NCBI GenBank assembly: GCA_947624995.1
Contig: CANQMS010000006.1
Span: 11,393-75,392, forward strand
DNA: 64,000 bases
From: an uncultured Clostridia bacterium
GTDB lineage: Bacteria; Bacillota; Clostridia; Oscillospirales; CAG-272
Direction of reading: 5' to 3'
Shown here: positions 30,154 to 38,770 of the stretch, in pieces
How positions within the stretch are numbered: the first letter of the stretch is position 1
Layout of the letters: the number at the start of each line of letters is the position of its first letter
Made by a program: the position numbers and the translations under genes
Notes under the pieces: generated by a model
Seen by the model: only the letters and a program-made list of their open reading frames with translations
What the model was told of the DNA's origin: nothing
The model's database searches: none

Positions 30154-31605
30154 ATGGAAAACAAACGCAATCTGACGATGCTCTGTGATTTTTATGAGCT
30201 CACAATGGCAAACGGATATTATAAGTGCGGCAAGGGGGACGAGATATCGTATTTCGACGTATTTTTCCGCACCGTGCCGGACGGCGGCGGGTACGCCATC
30301 GCTGCCGGGCTCGAGCAGATAATCGAATATATAAAGGATCTTCACTTTGACGACGAGGACATTGAATATCTGCGCGGAAAAGGCATTTTCGGCGAGGATT
30401 TCCTCTCCTACCTGCGCGGCTTCAGATTCACGGGCGACATGTGGGCGGTGCCGGAGGGGACCGTTATTTTCCCGAACGAGCCGGTCATAACGGTGCGCGC
30501 ACCGGCGGCGGAGGCGCAGTTCATCGAGACGTATCTTCTCCTGATGTTCAATCACCAGTCCCTTGTCGCGACGAAGGCGAACAGGATCGTGACGGCGGCG
30601 GAGGGGCGCTCGATATCCGAGTTCGGCTCGCGCCGCGCGCACAGCGCGGATGCCGCGATCCTCGGCGCGCGCGCCGCGTACATCGGCGGCTGCACCGGGA
30701 CGGCGTGTACGGCGTCCGATGAGCTGTACGGCGTCCCCGCGACGGGGACGATGGCGCACTCGTGGGTGCAGATGTTTGATTCTGAGTATGAGGCATTCCG
30801 CACGTACTGCGAGATATACCCCGAATCGGCAACGCTGCTCGTCGACACGTACAACGTCTTAAAGAGCGGCATACCGAACGCGATACGCGCGTTCCGCGAC
30901 GTGCTTTTGCCGCGTGGAATAAAAAAGTGTGCGATCCGCCTCGATTCCGGCGATATCACGTATCTGTCGCGCCGCGCGCGCAAAATGCTTGACGACGCGG
31001 GATTTGACTATTGCAAGATAGTCGTTTCGAATTCGCTCGACGAGTATCTGATCCGCGACATGATAAGGCAGGGCGCGCAGGTCGACGCGTTCGGCGTCGG
31101 CGAAAGGCTCATAACGTCGATGTCGTCGCCGGTGTTCGGCGGCGTCTACAAGCTCGCCGCCGTCGAGGACGAGGTTGGGACCGTCATCCCGCGCATCAAG
31201 ATCAGCGAGAACGTCACCAAGATCACGAACCCGCACTATAAAAAGGTATATCGCCTCTATTCGAACGAAACGGGCAAGGCGGAGGCGGACCTCATCACGG
31301 TCTACGACGAGGTGATAGACGAGTCGCAGCCGCTTGAAATATTCGACCCGGACTACACGTGGAAGCGCAAGACCTTCGAAAATTACACGGCGCGCCCGCT
31401 GCTCGTGGACATCTTCCGCGGCGGTGAGCTCGTGTACGATATGCCGTCACTCGACGAGATCCGCAGCTATTGCCGCCGCGAGGTCGGCACGCTCTGGGAC
31501 GAGGTCAAGCGGTTTGATAACCCGCACAATTATTACGTCGACCTCTCACAGAAGCTCTGGGATGAGAAGAAGCGCCTCATAAACGAACGCTCAAAGCGCA
31601 GATAA
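30154..31605 (+). CDS. pncB: nicotinate phosphoribosyltransferase
   Basis: DFYELTM, EFGSRRAH, GTMAHSW, LVDTY, RLDSGD and GGVYKL motifs. Confidence 0.95.
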   Translation: MENKRNLTMLCDFYELTMANGYYKCGKGDEISYFDVFFRTVPDGGGYAIAAGLEQIIEYIKDLHFDDEDIEYLRGKGIFGEDFLSYLRGFRFTGDMWAVPEGTVIFPNEPVITVRAPAAEAQFIETYLLLMFNHQSLVATKANRIVTAAEGRSISEFGSRRAHSADAAILGARAAYIGGCTGTACTASDELYGVPATGTMAHSWVQMFDSEYEAFRTYCEIYPESATLLVDTYNVLKSGIPNAIRAFRDVLLPRGIKKCAIRLDSGDITYLSRRARKMLDDAGFDYCKIVVSNSLDEYLIRDMIRQGAQVDAFGVGERLITSMSSPVFGGVYKLAAVEDEVGTVIPRIKISENVTKITNPHYKKVYRLYSNETGKAEADLITVYDEVIDESQPLEIFDPDYTWKRKTFENYTARPLLVDIFRGGELVYDMPSLDEIRSYCRREVGTLWDEVKRFDNPHNYYVDLSQKLWDEKKRLINERSKRR

Positions 31606-31620
31606 AAAAGATAGATATTG

Positions 31621-31680
31621 CCGGGGGAGAAAACTTTCTCGAAAGTTTTCTCCCCCGGACCCTCTTTTTCAAAGCTTTTT
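31621..31680 (+). repeat. hairpin/TTCAAA element, copy D
   Basis: CCGGGGGAGAAAACTTTC-TC-GAAAGTTTTCTCCCCCGG, then ACCCTCTTTTTCAAAGCTTTTT. Confidence 0.9.
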
Positions 31681-31739
31681 AAGATAAAAGTCTGGTTTCT
31701 GCGGCGAAATATGATTGCATTTTTTGTGAAGATGCGAAT

Positions 31740-31774
31740 ATTGTATTGCAATCTGCAACACAATATGGTAGAAT
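31740..31774 (+). promoter_or_regulatory. toxin-antitoxin promoter with overlapping inverted-repeat operator
   Basis: TTGCAA-17-TAGAAT; ATTGTATTGCA-ATC-TGCAACACAAT (10/11 inverted match) covers the -35 box. Confidence 0.65.
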
Positions 31775-31800
31775 TAAATGCGGAAAGGCAGGTAGTTATG

Positions 31801-32097
31801 ATGGCAACAAAAAGCGCAAATGTAACGGCACGTGTCCAGCCCGAGATCAAGCGGCAGGCGGAGGCGGTTTTGGAGAAGATCGGACTGCCCGTTTCGGTCC
31901 TGATAGATACCTTGTACAGGCAAATCATTATGACGGGCGGTGTTCCGTATTCTCTCACCGTGCCGAAGCTGCCTGCGAGAGACAGCATAACTTCAGAGCA
32001 GTTTGACGCGATGATGGAGAGGGGATATGATCAGGCGAAGTCCGGCGAGGGGCTGACCGCCGGTGAAGCCTTTGCCAAGATCCGCGAGGACATTTGA
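31801..32097 (+). CDS. RelB/DinJ-family antitoxin
   Basis: ANVTARVQPEIKRQAEAVLEKIGLPVS...GGVPY ribbon-helix-helix pattern. Confidence 0.85.
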   Translation: MATKSANVTARVQPEIKRQAEAVLEKIGLPVSVLIDTLYRQIIMTGGVPYSLTVPKLPARDSITSEQFDAMMERGYDQAKSGEGLTAGEAFAKIREDI

Positions 32098-32106
32098 GTA
32101 CGCGGT

Positions 32107-32448
32107 ATGAAGTATGAGGTGAAGCTGACAGCACAGGCAATTGAGCAGATCGAAGAAATTATACAGTATATTTCCAAGATCCTGCTCGCGCCGGAAATTG
32201 CGCGGAAATGGACAGGCACCTTGCAATATGAAATCGAAAAGCTGGATTCTATGCCGTCAAGATATCCTCTTACAGAGGAAGAACCGTGGCACACGAGAGG
32301 GATCCGCAAAATGCCGGTTAAGAACTTTCTCGTTTACTATTTGGTGGACGAGGAAAATAAAACCGTGTGGATCACGGCGGTGATTTATGGGCGCAGAAAT
32401 CAGATCGCGGCATTGTCGGATATGCCGGAAGACAGTATAGAGCGATAA
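32107..32448 (+). CDS. RelE/ParE-family toxin
   Basis: YEVKLT..A..QIEEI..YI...L..MP.RYP...R...VKNFLVYY.VDE...V.I.AVIYGRR; directly after the antitoxin. Confidence 0.85.
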   Translation: MKYEVKLTAQAIEQIEEIIQYISKILLAPEIARKWTGTLQYEIEKLDSMPSRYPLTEEEPWHTRGIRKMPVKNFLVYYLVDEENKTVWITAVIYGRRNQIAALSDMPEDSIER

Positions 32449-32560
32449 CCGAAACGACGCTGCCGGATCATCATTCAGGCTCCGAACCCTTTCTTTGAAA
32501 GGAATTCGGAGCTGAGCTTTGTACAGGTAGAATATTTGCGTAAAAAATTTCCGAAATGTA

Positions 32561-32590
32561 TTGACATATGGCGACGGCGCGTGGTAGTAT
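32561..32590 (+). promoter_or_regulatory. sigma-A promoter of small transcript
   Basis: TTGACA-18 nt-TAGTAT with TG extension. Confidence 0.6.
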
Positions 32591-32644
32591 AAAAATACCG
32601 ACAGAGATGGGTGGCGAAATTTTATGCAAAGGAGGAATATAGCC

Positions 32645-32698
32645 ATGAAAAACTCATATTTTTCGGACGTCTGCCTCCTTGCTTTCGTAAAACGGTAA
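32645..32698 (+). CDS. putative 17-aa peptide MKNSYFSDVCLLAFVKR
   Basis: Perfect AAAGGAGG RBS 9 nt upstream; own promoter and two downstream terminators. Confidence 0.5.
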   Translation: MKNSYFSDVCLLAFVKR

Positions 32699-32721
32699 GA
32701 GAGAGAATATAAAGTGCGGTT

Positions 32722-32788
32722 CGCGTCCGAATCTCGGGCGCGTTTTTTGTTTTCCGAAAAGAGCTCGCCCGCCGGGCGTTCTTTTTTT
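32722..32788 (+). terminator. two tandem intrinsic terminators
   Basis: CGCGTCCGA-ATC-TCGGGCGCG-TTTTTT and AAAAGAGCTCGCCC-GCC-GGGCGTTCTTTTTTT. Confidence 0.7.
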
Positions 32789-32876
32789 GCCGCGTAATGT
32801 AAAAATATGAGTTAAAAGTAAAAAGAAGGGGGAAATGAAGAGACAGGGAATTTGCTTTGAAAGACAGGGGGTGATA

Positions 32877-33020
32877 ATGATGAAACGACTTAAATGTTAT
32901 TTGCACGATACGGATAACAACACCGCAGCCTGCAAGACTGCGGCATGGCTGCCGCGCAAAAGCGAGCTTACGGCGGGGATCTCGCATATGCGGCACGCGC
33001 GGCGTGTGAGGTGCGTCTAA
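32877..33020 (+). CDS. small hypothetical protein (47 aa)
   Basis: GGGGGTG RBS-like sequence; no recognisable motif. Confidence 0.35.
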   Translation: MMKRLKCYLHDTDNNTAACKTAAWLPRKSELTAGISHMRHARRVRCV

Positions 33021-33110
33021 ACCGGCGGTTGAGCTCGGCTAAACGAATAAGTTATTGATAAAATCGACCGAAGCCGATAAAATCGGAAAATGAAAGGACA
33101 GGTAAAAAAC

Positions 33111-33812
33111 ATGGATTACAAAGGACTGAAAAAATATTTCGAACCGAAAAACATGATCCCGCAGATCATAGGGGCGGTAATATGCGCCTTCGGCATATTT
33201 GTCGCCGTTGCGGATTTTATATATTTCGGCGTGCCGATAATAATTGTCGGCGTCTGCGTGATACTTTTCACGCGTGATTCGCGCGTCTCCGACGAGGAGG
33301 TGGACAGGACGGCGGCGTCAAAGATAAAAGATCTTGACGGGCGGGCGCGCGCCGACATCGGTGTCCGCGAGCGCGATATGCGAGGCTTTATGCCGGAGAC
33401 ATTTTCGGGGTACGAGTTTACGGATGGCACAGCTGTCGCCCGTGGGCGCGACCGCAAGCTGCGCTCGGACAGATACGCGGCGGCGGAGCTCGTCTTCACG
33501 CAGGAGTGCATACACGCCTATGTTTACAGGTTCAGCCTTACAAAGGAGGAAGAATCCGAGCGGCGCGCCGTCATAAAATACTGTGACGTCGGCGACGCCG
33601 CCGTCACGGAGCGGACAGTCTCCGTCCGCGTTTCAAACGTGCCGAAGGGCGAGCGGGCGGAGGTGACCGTACATACGCTCGAGATCCTTGACGGCGCGGG
33701 CGAGCCGATCATAGTGATCCCGGTCGGTGTGGGTGCGGACGTTGACAGAGTCGTTAAGAACATAAAGCGGCTTGCCGAAAGGGAAAGAGAAAAGGCAAAG
33801 AGCGATACGTAA
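33111..33812 (+). CDS. hypothetical membrane protein
   Basis: Two N-terminal TM helices plus soluble domain; AGGACAGG upstream. Confidence 0.7.
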   Translation: MDYKGLKKYFEPKNMIPQIIGAVICAFGIFVAVADFIYFGVPIIIVGVCVILFTRDSRVSDEEVDRTAASKIKDLDGRARADIGVRERDMRGFMPETFSGYEFTDGTAVARGRDRKLRSDRYAAAELVFTQECIHAYVYRFSLTKEEESERRAVIKYCDVGDAAVTERTVSVRVSNVPKGERAEVTVHTLEILDGAGEPIIVIPVGVGADVDRVVKNIKRLAEREREKAKSDT

Positions 33813-33966
33813 CAGAGGAAAAACCGCCGGTATGCCGGAGAGGATGGGATTTTTATCGGAAAAACTCTGCGTTTTTCGCTTTATTGTTGCTCCCGACCGT
33901 TGATTTTCACTTAATATTAGTGTATAATTGACATATAAGTACGACTTTGCCGGGGAGGATCATGAG

Positions 33967-34899
33967 ATGAAGCCAAGAATACTCGCGATAAGTCCGACCG
34001 ATATGGAATTTGTGCAGCGCACGGAGGTTTTTCCCGAGGCGGGAGAGACCGTTGTCGGCAGCTCGTATGACAACATTCCGGGCGGCGAAGGCGCGGAATT
34101 CGCGGTCACGCTGACGATGCTGGGCGCGGAATGCATCCTCTGCTCGCGCGTCGGCGCGGACAGCAACGGGCAGCGTCTCCGCGCGCAGTTCCGCGAAATG
34201 GGAATAGACACGCGCTTCATGAGCATGGACCGCCGCGCCGCGACGGGGCTCGTCTCCGCGATAACAGACGCGACCGGCGCTGTGCGCCGCGTCTCATTCC
34301 CGGGTGCAAACCTTTTGATCTCGGCAGCCGACACCGAGGATGCGTTCACCTCCATCCCGGACGCGGCGATAATCTCGCTGCGCTCACCGGACAAGATAGT
34401 GACGTCCGTCTCCGAATACGCGGCGCGGAAAAAGATACCGCTGATGATAGACGGCGGTCCGAAAAATCCCGATTTCCAGCTCAACAGGCTGTTCCCCTGC
34501 GAGATATTCACGCCGGACGAGGAGGAGCTCCTCGCATTCACCGGCATTGCTCCGTCGAACACCGAAAACTGCCTGCGCTCCGTCATAAGGCTGTCCTCGC
34601 TCGTGAAGGCGAAGTATTATATCATAAAAATGGGCGACCGCGGCGCCTTCCTCTACGACGGCAAATATTATAACGTCGTCTTGCCGATAAACGTCGACGC
34701 GGCGGACACCGCCTGCGCCGGCAGCGTGTTTGATGCGGCGCTGATGACGGAATACGTTCGCTCCGGGGACATCATGCGCTCCGTACACTACGCGAACGCG
34801 GCGGCGGCGCTGACGGTCTCGCGCCACGGCAGCCTCGATTCGATCCCGACGGGGGAGGAGCTCTCGTCGTTCATCGAAGAGCGCGGCATACAGCTTTAA
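33967..34899 (+). CDS. PfkB/ribokinase-family protein (catalytic Asp substituted)
   Basis: PGGEG, VGADSNG, TPDEEEL, KMGDRGA, DTACAGSVF and ANAAAALTV motifs. Confidence 0.85.
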   Translation: MKPRILAISPTDMEFVQRTEVFPEAGETVVGSSYDNIPGGEGAEFAVTLTMLGAECILCSRVGADSNGQRLRAQFREMGIDTRFMSMDRRAATGLVSAITDATGAVRRVSFPGANLLISAADTEDAFTSIPDAAIISLRSPDKIVTSVSEYAARKKIPLMIDGGPKNPDFQLNRLFPCEIFTPDEEELLAFTGIAPSNTENCLRSVIRLSSLVKAKYYIIKMGDRGAFLYDGKYYNVVLPINVDAADTACAGSVFDAALMTEYVRSGDIMRSVHYANAAAALTVSRHGSLDSIPTGEELSSFIEERGIQL

Positions 34900-34908
34900 A
34901 AATCGAAG

Positions 34909-35334
34909 ATGAAGAAGCGGATACTCGGCGTCGACTACGGCGACGCGAGGACGGGGATGGCGATATCGGATGCGACCGGGCTCATTGCCACGGGCGTCGG
35001 CGTCATAAAGTCGTCCGGAATGAGAAAAACGGCGGCGGCGGTAGCGGAGGCAGTCCGAAAATACGGGGCGGAGCTCGTCGTCATCGGATGCCCGTACAAT
35101 ATGGATGGCAGCGAGGGCGCGCGGGCGGAAAAAGCGAGGGTGTTTGCCGAGATGGTCGGCGGGCTCTGCGGCGTGCCTGTCGAGATTTATGACGAAAGGC
35201 TGACGACAGTCGAAGCATACGAGATCATGGACAGGACTGGGACGCACGGCAAAAAACGGCGCGACCGCGTCGACGAGCTCGCGGCGGAAATAATACTTCA
35301 GGATTATCTCGACGAGCAGAGACGGGAAAGTTAA
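34909..35334 (+). CDS. ruvX: YqgF/RuvX family nuclease
   Basis: ILGVDYGDARTGMAISD, DERLTT and VDELAAEIILQDYL motifs. Confidence 0.92.
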   Translation: MKKRILGVDYGDARTGMAISDATGLIATGVGVIKSSGMRKTAAAVAEAVRKYGAELVVIGCPYNMDGSEGARAEKARVFAEMVGGLCGVPVEIYDERLTTVEAYEIMDRTGTHGKKRRDRVDELAAEIILQDYLDEQRRES

Positions 35335-35445
35335 TCATACGCATAAAACACGAATTTGCAGGCAATATAAGCAAAAACAGACGAGCCGATGCTGGGAGCA
35401 TCGGCTCGATTTCTCATGTATTGAAAATAAGTTATAAAAGACGCC

Positions 35446-35994
35446 CTAAATCTGCTTCAGCTTTTCGGCAAGTGCCTGCATATCCGTTAACATATCCTCT
35501 TTCTTGCGCGGGTCGCGCAGGAGCGCCGAGGGATGATAGAATGCGGACATCTCGAACCTGCCGCGCCTGAACCAGACGCCGTGCTCCTGCGTGATCTTGA
35601 AGTCCGGCTTGATGAGCCGCATCGCGGCGATGCGCCCGAGGCAGACGATGATCTTCGGCTCGATGATGCGAACCTGCTCGCGCAGATACGGCATGCAGGC
35701 GTCCTCTTCGTCGGGCAGCGGGTCGCGGTTCTTCGGCGGGCGGCATTTTAAGATGTTTGCTATGTAGACCGAGTCGCGGTCGATGCCGACGGCGGCAAGG
35801 TACGAGTCGAGGAGCTTTCCCGCCCGCCCGACGAAGGGGATCCCGGAGAGGTCCTCCTGCTCGCCGGGCGCCTCCCCGACGAACATGAGGTCGGCGGACT
35901 CGTTCCCGACGCCGAAGACGATGTTCGTCCGGGTCGGGGCGAGCCTGCATTTATCGCACGCGGCACAGCTCTGCCGCAGAGTTTCAATATCCAT
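35446..35994 (-). CDS. uracil-DNA glycosylase, family 4
   Basis: CxxC, GEAPG, PFVGRAG, NILKCRPPKNR and YHPSALLR motifs. Confidence 0.92.
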   Translation of the reverse strand: MDIETLRQSCAACDKCRLAPTRTNIVFGVGNESADLMFVGEAPGEQEDLSGIPFVGRAGKLLDSYLAAVGIDRDSVYIANILKCRPPKNRDPLPDEEDACMPYLREQVRIIEPKIIVCLGRIAAMRLIKPDFKITQEHGVWFRRGRFEMSAFYHPSALLRDPRKKEDMLTDMQALAEKLKQI

Positions 35995-36094
35995 AACGTC
36001 ACCGCCTGTTTTTCTCTATGGTACGTATATTGTACCATATCCGGACGGATTTGTCGCGCTTTTTTCAAAAAATGATTTTTTCTGATCTATTGCT

Positions 36095-36763
36095 TTATCT
36101 GCTTTTAAGATATCGCAGTGCGTCGGAGAGGCTGCCGATCTCGTCTATCAGTCCGCAAGCGACCGCCTCACCTCCGTCGATGATCGTGCCGACGTCGTTG
36201 GCGAGTTCGTCCGTATTGAGCATGAGGCGGCGGAGGTCGTCGGCGCTTATGCGTGAATGCGCGGTGATGAAGCCGATGATGCGTTCCTGCATACGGCGCA
36301 GGTACGCGTATGTCTGCGGAACGCCGATGACGGTGCCGTTCATACGGACGGGGTGCAGCGTCATCGTCGCGGACGGAACGATAAACGAGCGGTCCGCGGC
36401 AACCGCGAGCGGCACGCCGATGCTGTGTCCGCCGCCGAGAACGACGGATGCCGTCGGCTTTGAGAGTCCGGCGATGAGCTCCGAGATCGCAAGTCCGGCT
36501 TCAACGTCGCCGCCCATCGTGTTTATGAGCAGGAGTATACCTTTTATCTTCGGATCGTCCTCGGCGTCCGCGATTATCGGGATCACGTGCTCGTATTTCG
36601 TTGCCTTTTGCCCTTCTCCGAGCGCGTAGTGCCCCTCGATCTGCCCGATTATCGTCATCACGCGTATGTGTCCGCCGTCGGCGGTCACCGTGCCGAAGTC
36701 CTCGACCTCGCCGCGCATGTCCTCGCTCATCGCGCCGTTTTTTTCTTCTTTTTCCGTTTCCAC
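36095..36763 (-). CDS. tepA: ClpP-family TepA-like protein
   Basis: IIGQIEGH, TKYEHVIP, NTMGGDVEAGLAI, GGGHSIGVPL and HPVRM motifs. Confidence 0.85.
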   Translation of the reverse strand: METEKEEKNGAMSEDMRGEVEDFGTVTADGGHIRVMTIIGQIEGHYALGEGQKATKYEHVIPIIADAEDDPKIKGILLLINTMGGDVEAGLAISELIAGLSKPTASVVLGGGHSIGVPLAVAADRSFIVPSATMTLHPVRMNGTVIGVPQTYAYLRRMQERIIGFITAHSRISADDLRRLMLNTDELANDVGTIIDGGEAVACGLIDEIGSLSDALRYLKSR

Positions 36764-36882
36764 GTTTATGCGTCCCCTTTAAAAAACAACATATCCGGGA
36801 CATATTATTCCGCCGGCACTTGTTTTTTATGCGCGGGTGTGATATACTTATGGAAGAAAAAAGAAAGGTTCGGTATTTATAA

Positions 36883-37458
36883 ATGGCAAAAAAAGTTTTG
36901 GTCGAAACGTCCGCCCGCCACGTCCATCTGACGGTTGAGGATATCGAAACGCTGTTCGGCAAGGGACATGAGCTCACCGTCAAGAAGATGCTCTCCCAGC
37001 CCGGTCAATTTGCGTGCGAAGAAAAGGTGACCGTCGTCGGTCCGAAGAAGTCGATAGAGAGAGTCAGCATACTCGGACCGGCACGCTCCGCGTCTCAGGT
37101 CGAGGTCTCCCTCACAGACGCGAGAACTCTCGGGGTCGACGCTCCCGTCCGCGAAAGCGGGGATCTTGCAGGCAGCGCGCCGTGCAAGCTCATAGGTCCG
37201 TGCGGTGAGGTCGAGCTCTCCGAGGGCGTCATCGCCGCGAAGCGCCACATCCATTTCACGCCCGAGGATGCCGAGGAGTTCGGCATAAAGGACAAGGATA
37301 TCGTCAAGGTGAAGATCGACTCGAACGGTCGCTCCCTCGTGTTTGACGACGTTATCTGCCGCGTCAGCAAGTCATACGCACTCGCAATGCACATCGACAC
37401 CGACGAGGCGAACGCCGCCTGCGCGTTCGGCGAGTGCTACGGCGAGATCGTGAAGTAA
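36883..37458 (+). CDS. pduL: phosphate propanoyltransferase PduL
   Basis: SARHVHL, LSQPGQFA, RESGDL, KRHIH and MHIDTDEANA motifs. Confidence 0.93.
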   Translation: MAKKVLVETSARHVHLTVEDIETLFGKGHELTVKKMLSQPGQFACEEKVTVVGPKKSIERVSILGPARSASQVEVSLTDARTLGVDAPVRESGDLAGSAPCKLIGPCGEVELSEGVIAAKRHIHFTPEDAEEFGIKDKDIVKVKIDSNGRSLVFDDVICRVSKSYALAMHIDTDEANAACAFGECYGEIVK

Positions 37459-37477
37459 GGGATTGTTTAAAAGATAT

Positions 37478-37533
37478 GCGAGGGGAAACTTTCAAGAGAA
37501 AGTTTCCCCTCGCGCTCCCTTTCAAAGCTTTTT
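37478..37533 (+). repeat. hairpin/TTCAAA element, copy E1 (left half of inverted doublet)
   Basis: GCGAGGGGAAACTTTC-AAGA-GAAAGTTTCCCCTCGC, then GCTCCCTTTCAAAGCTTTTT. Confidence 0.9.
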
Positions 37534-37548
37534 ACTTTTTAAGTCAAT

Positions 37549-37605
37549 AAAGATTTTTGAAGGTGGGTCCGGGAGGGAACTTTTTTTAAAAAGTTCCCTC
37601 CCGGA
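37549..37605 (-). repeat. hairpin/TTCAAA element, copy E2 (right half of inverted doublet)
   Basis: TCCGGGAGGGAACTTTTT-TT-AAAAAGTTCCCTCCCGGA; minus-strand tail CCCACCTTCAAAAATCTTT. Confidence 0.88.
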
Positions 37606-37612
37606 AATATTA

Positions 37613-38758
37613 TTATCTTATCTTAGCAAGCGTGCGGACGCCTTCGGCGAGGGCGGCGGCGAGGGCGTCTATTTCGTCCTCGGTCGTCTCGCGGGAGAGG
37701 CTGACGCGGACCGTCGTGTCGGCGTCGCGCTCGGTGAGACCGAACGCGAGCAGCGCGCGGCTGACGGTGCGCGAGTGTGTCGAGCAGGCGGAGCCGCTCG
37801 ATATGCAGATATCGCGCGAGGAAAGAAAGTTGAGCGCCGTCTCGCTCTTGATCCCCGGAAGCGTCAGGGAGAGGATGTGCGGGGCTGAGACGGGCGGCAG
37901 ATTCGGACGTATGCCGAGATGCATAACGGACGATATCGCTCGCTCGCGCAGCGCGCGCATATGCTCGGTGTCATCGGAACACGTCTTTGACGCGCGCTCA
38001 GCGGCGGCGGCAAAGCCGAGGACGGCGGGGACGTTGACGGTGCCGGAGCGCAGCCCGCTCTCCTGCCCGCCGCCGTAGATGACGGGGGCGAGCGCGCGCA
38101 GCTTCAGGATGCGCGGAGCGACATAGAGCGCGCCCGCGCCCTTCGGTCCGTGAATTTTGTGCGCGCTCACGGTGATGAGGTCCGCGCCGAGCGAGGATGC
38201 GGTGAAGGGCATCTTCATATATGCCTGAACGGCGTCGCAGTGGCAGACGGCGGACGGGACGGCGGCGCGGACGGCGCGGAACGCGCCCTCAACGTCGTAG
38301 CGCGCGCCCGTCTCGCTGTTGACGAGCATAAGCGAGCAGAGCACGGTGTCCGGCGTGAGGGCGGCGCGCAGCGCATCCATGTCGAGGACGCCGCCTCGCG
38401 TCGGGACGGTGACGAGTTCGAATCCCTCCTTCTCCGCCTCTTCGGCGGATGCTCGGACGGAGGCGTGTTCACCCTCGGTGATGATGACGCGCCCGCGGCG
38501 CGCTTTCGAGCGGCTGACGCCGAGCACGGCGAGGTCGTTCGCCTCGGTGCCGCTCGCGGTAAAGACGAGGGCGCCGTCGCGGCGGACGCCGAGCGTGGAA
38601 AGTATGAGCGCGCGCGCCGCGTCAAGTCGGCGGCGCGCGTCAAGCCCCTTTTTATGTACTGAGGAGGGGTTCCCCCAATCTTCCGTAAGCGCCGCCGCGA
38701 CGGCGTCCGCCGCCTCACGGCACGGGCGCGTCGTCGCGGCGCAGTCAAGATATATCAT
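37613..38758 (-). CDS. cysteine desulfurase (IscS/NifZ type)
   Basis: IYLDCAATT, GNPSS, SGTEAND, DAVQA, SAHKIHGPKG, RSGT and SSGSACS motifs. Confidence 0.92.
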   Translation of the reverse strand: MIYLDCAATTRPCREAADAVAAALTEDWGNPSSVHKKGLDARRRLDAARALILSTLGVRRDGALVFTASGTEANDLAVLGVSRSKARRGRVIITEGEHASVRASAEEAEKEGFELVTVPTRGGVLDMDALRAALTPDTVLCSLMLVNSETGARYDVEGAFRAVRAAVPSAVCHCDAVQAYMKMPFTASSLGADLITVSAHKIHGPKGAGALYVAPRILKLRALAPVIYGGGQESGLRSGTVNVPAVLGFAAAAERASKTCSDDTEHMRALRERAISSVMHLGIRPNLPPVSAPHILSLTLPGIKSETALNFLSSRDICISSGSACSTHSRTVSRALLAFGLTERDADTTVRVSLSRETTEDEIDALAAALAEGVRTLAKIR

Positions 38759-38770
38759 GATTCCGACCCG

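Noticed and set aside
32479-32512. Imperfect hairpin as a tenth family copy
   Set aside because: Lacks the purine-rich arm, the mirror linker and a correctly placed TTCAAA tail
32597-32790. T-box or metabolite riboswitch
   Set aside because: No T-box GGTGGNACC motif or known aptamer consensus; reported as a mini-gene instead
31600-33100. Prophage or integrative element around the toxin-antitoxin pair
   Set aside because: No integrase, transposase, att-like direct repeats or phage genes seen
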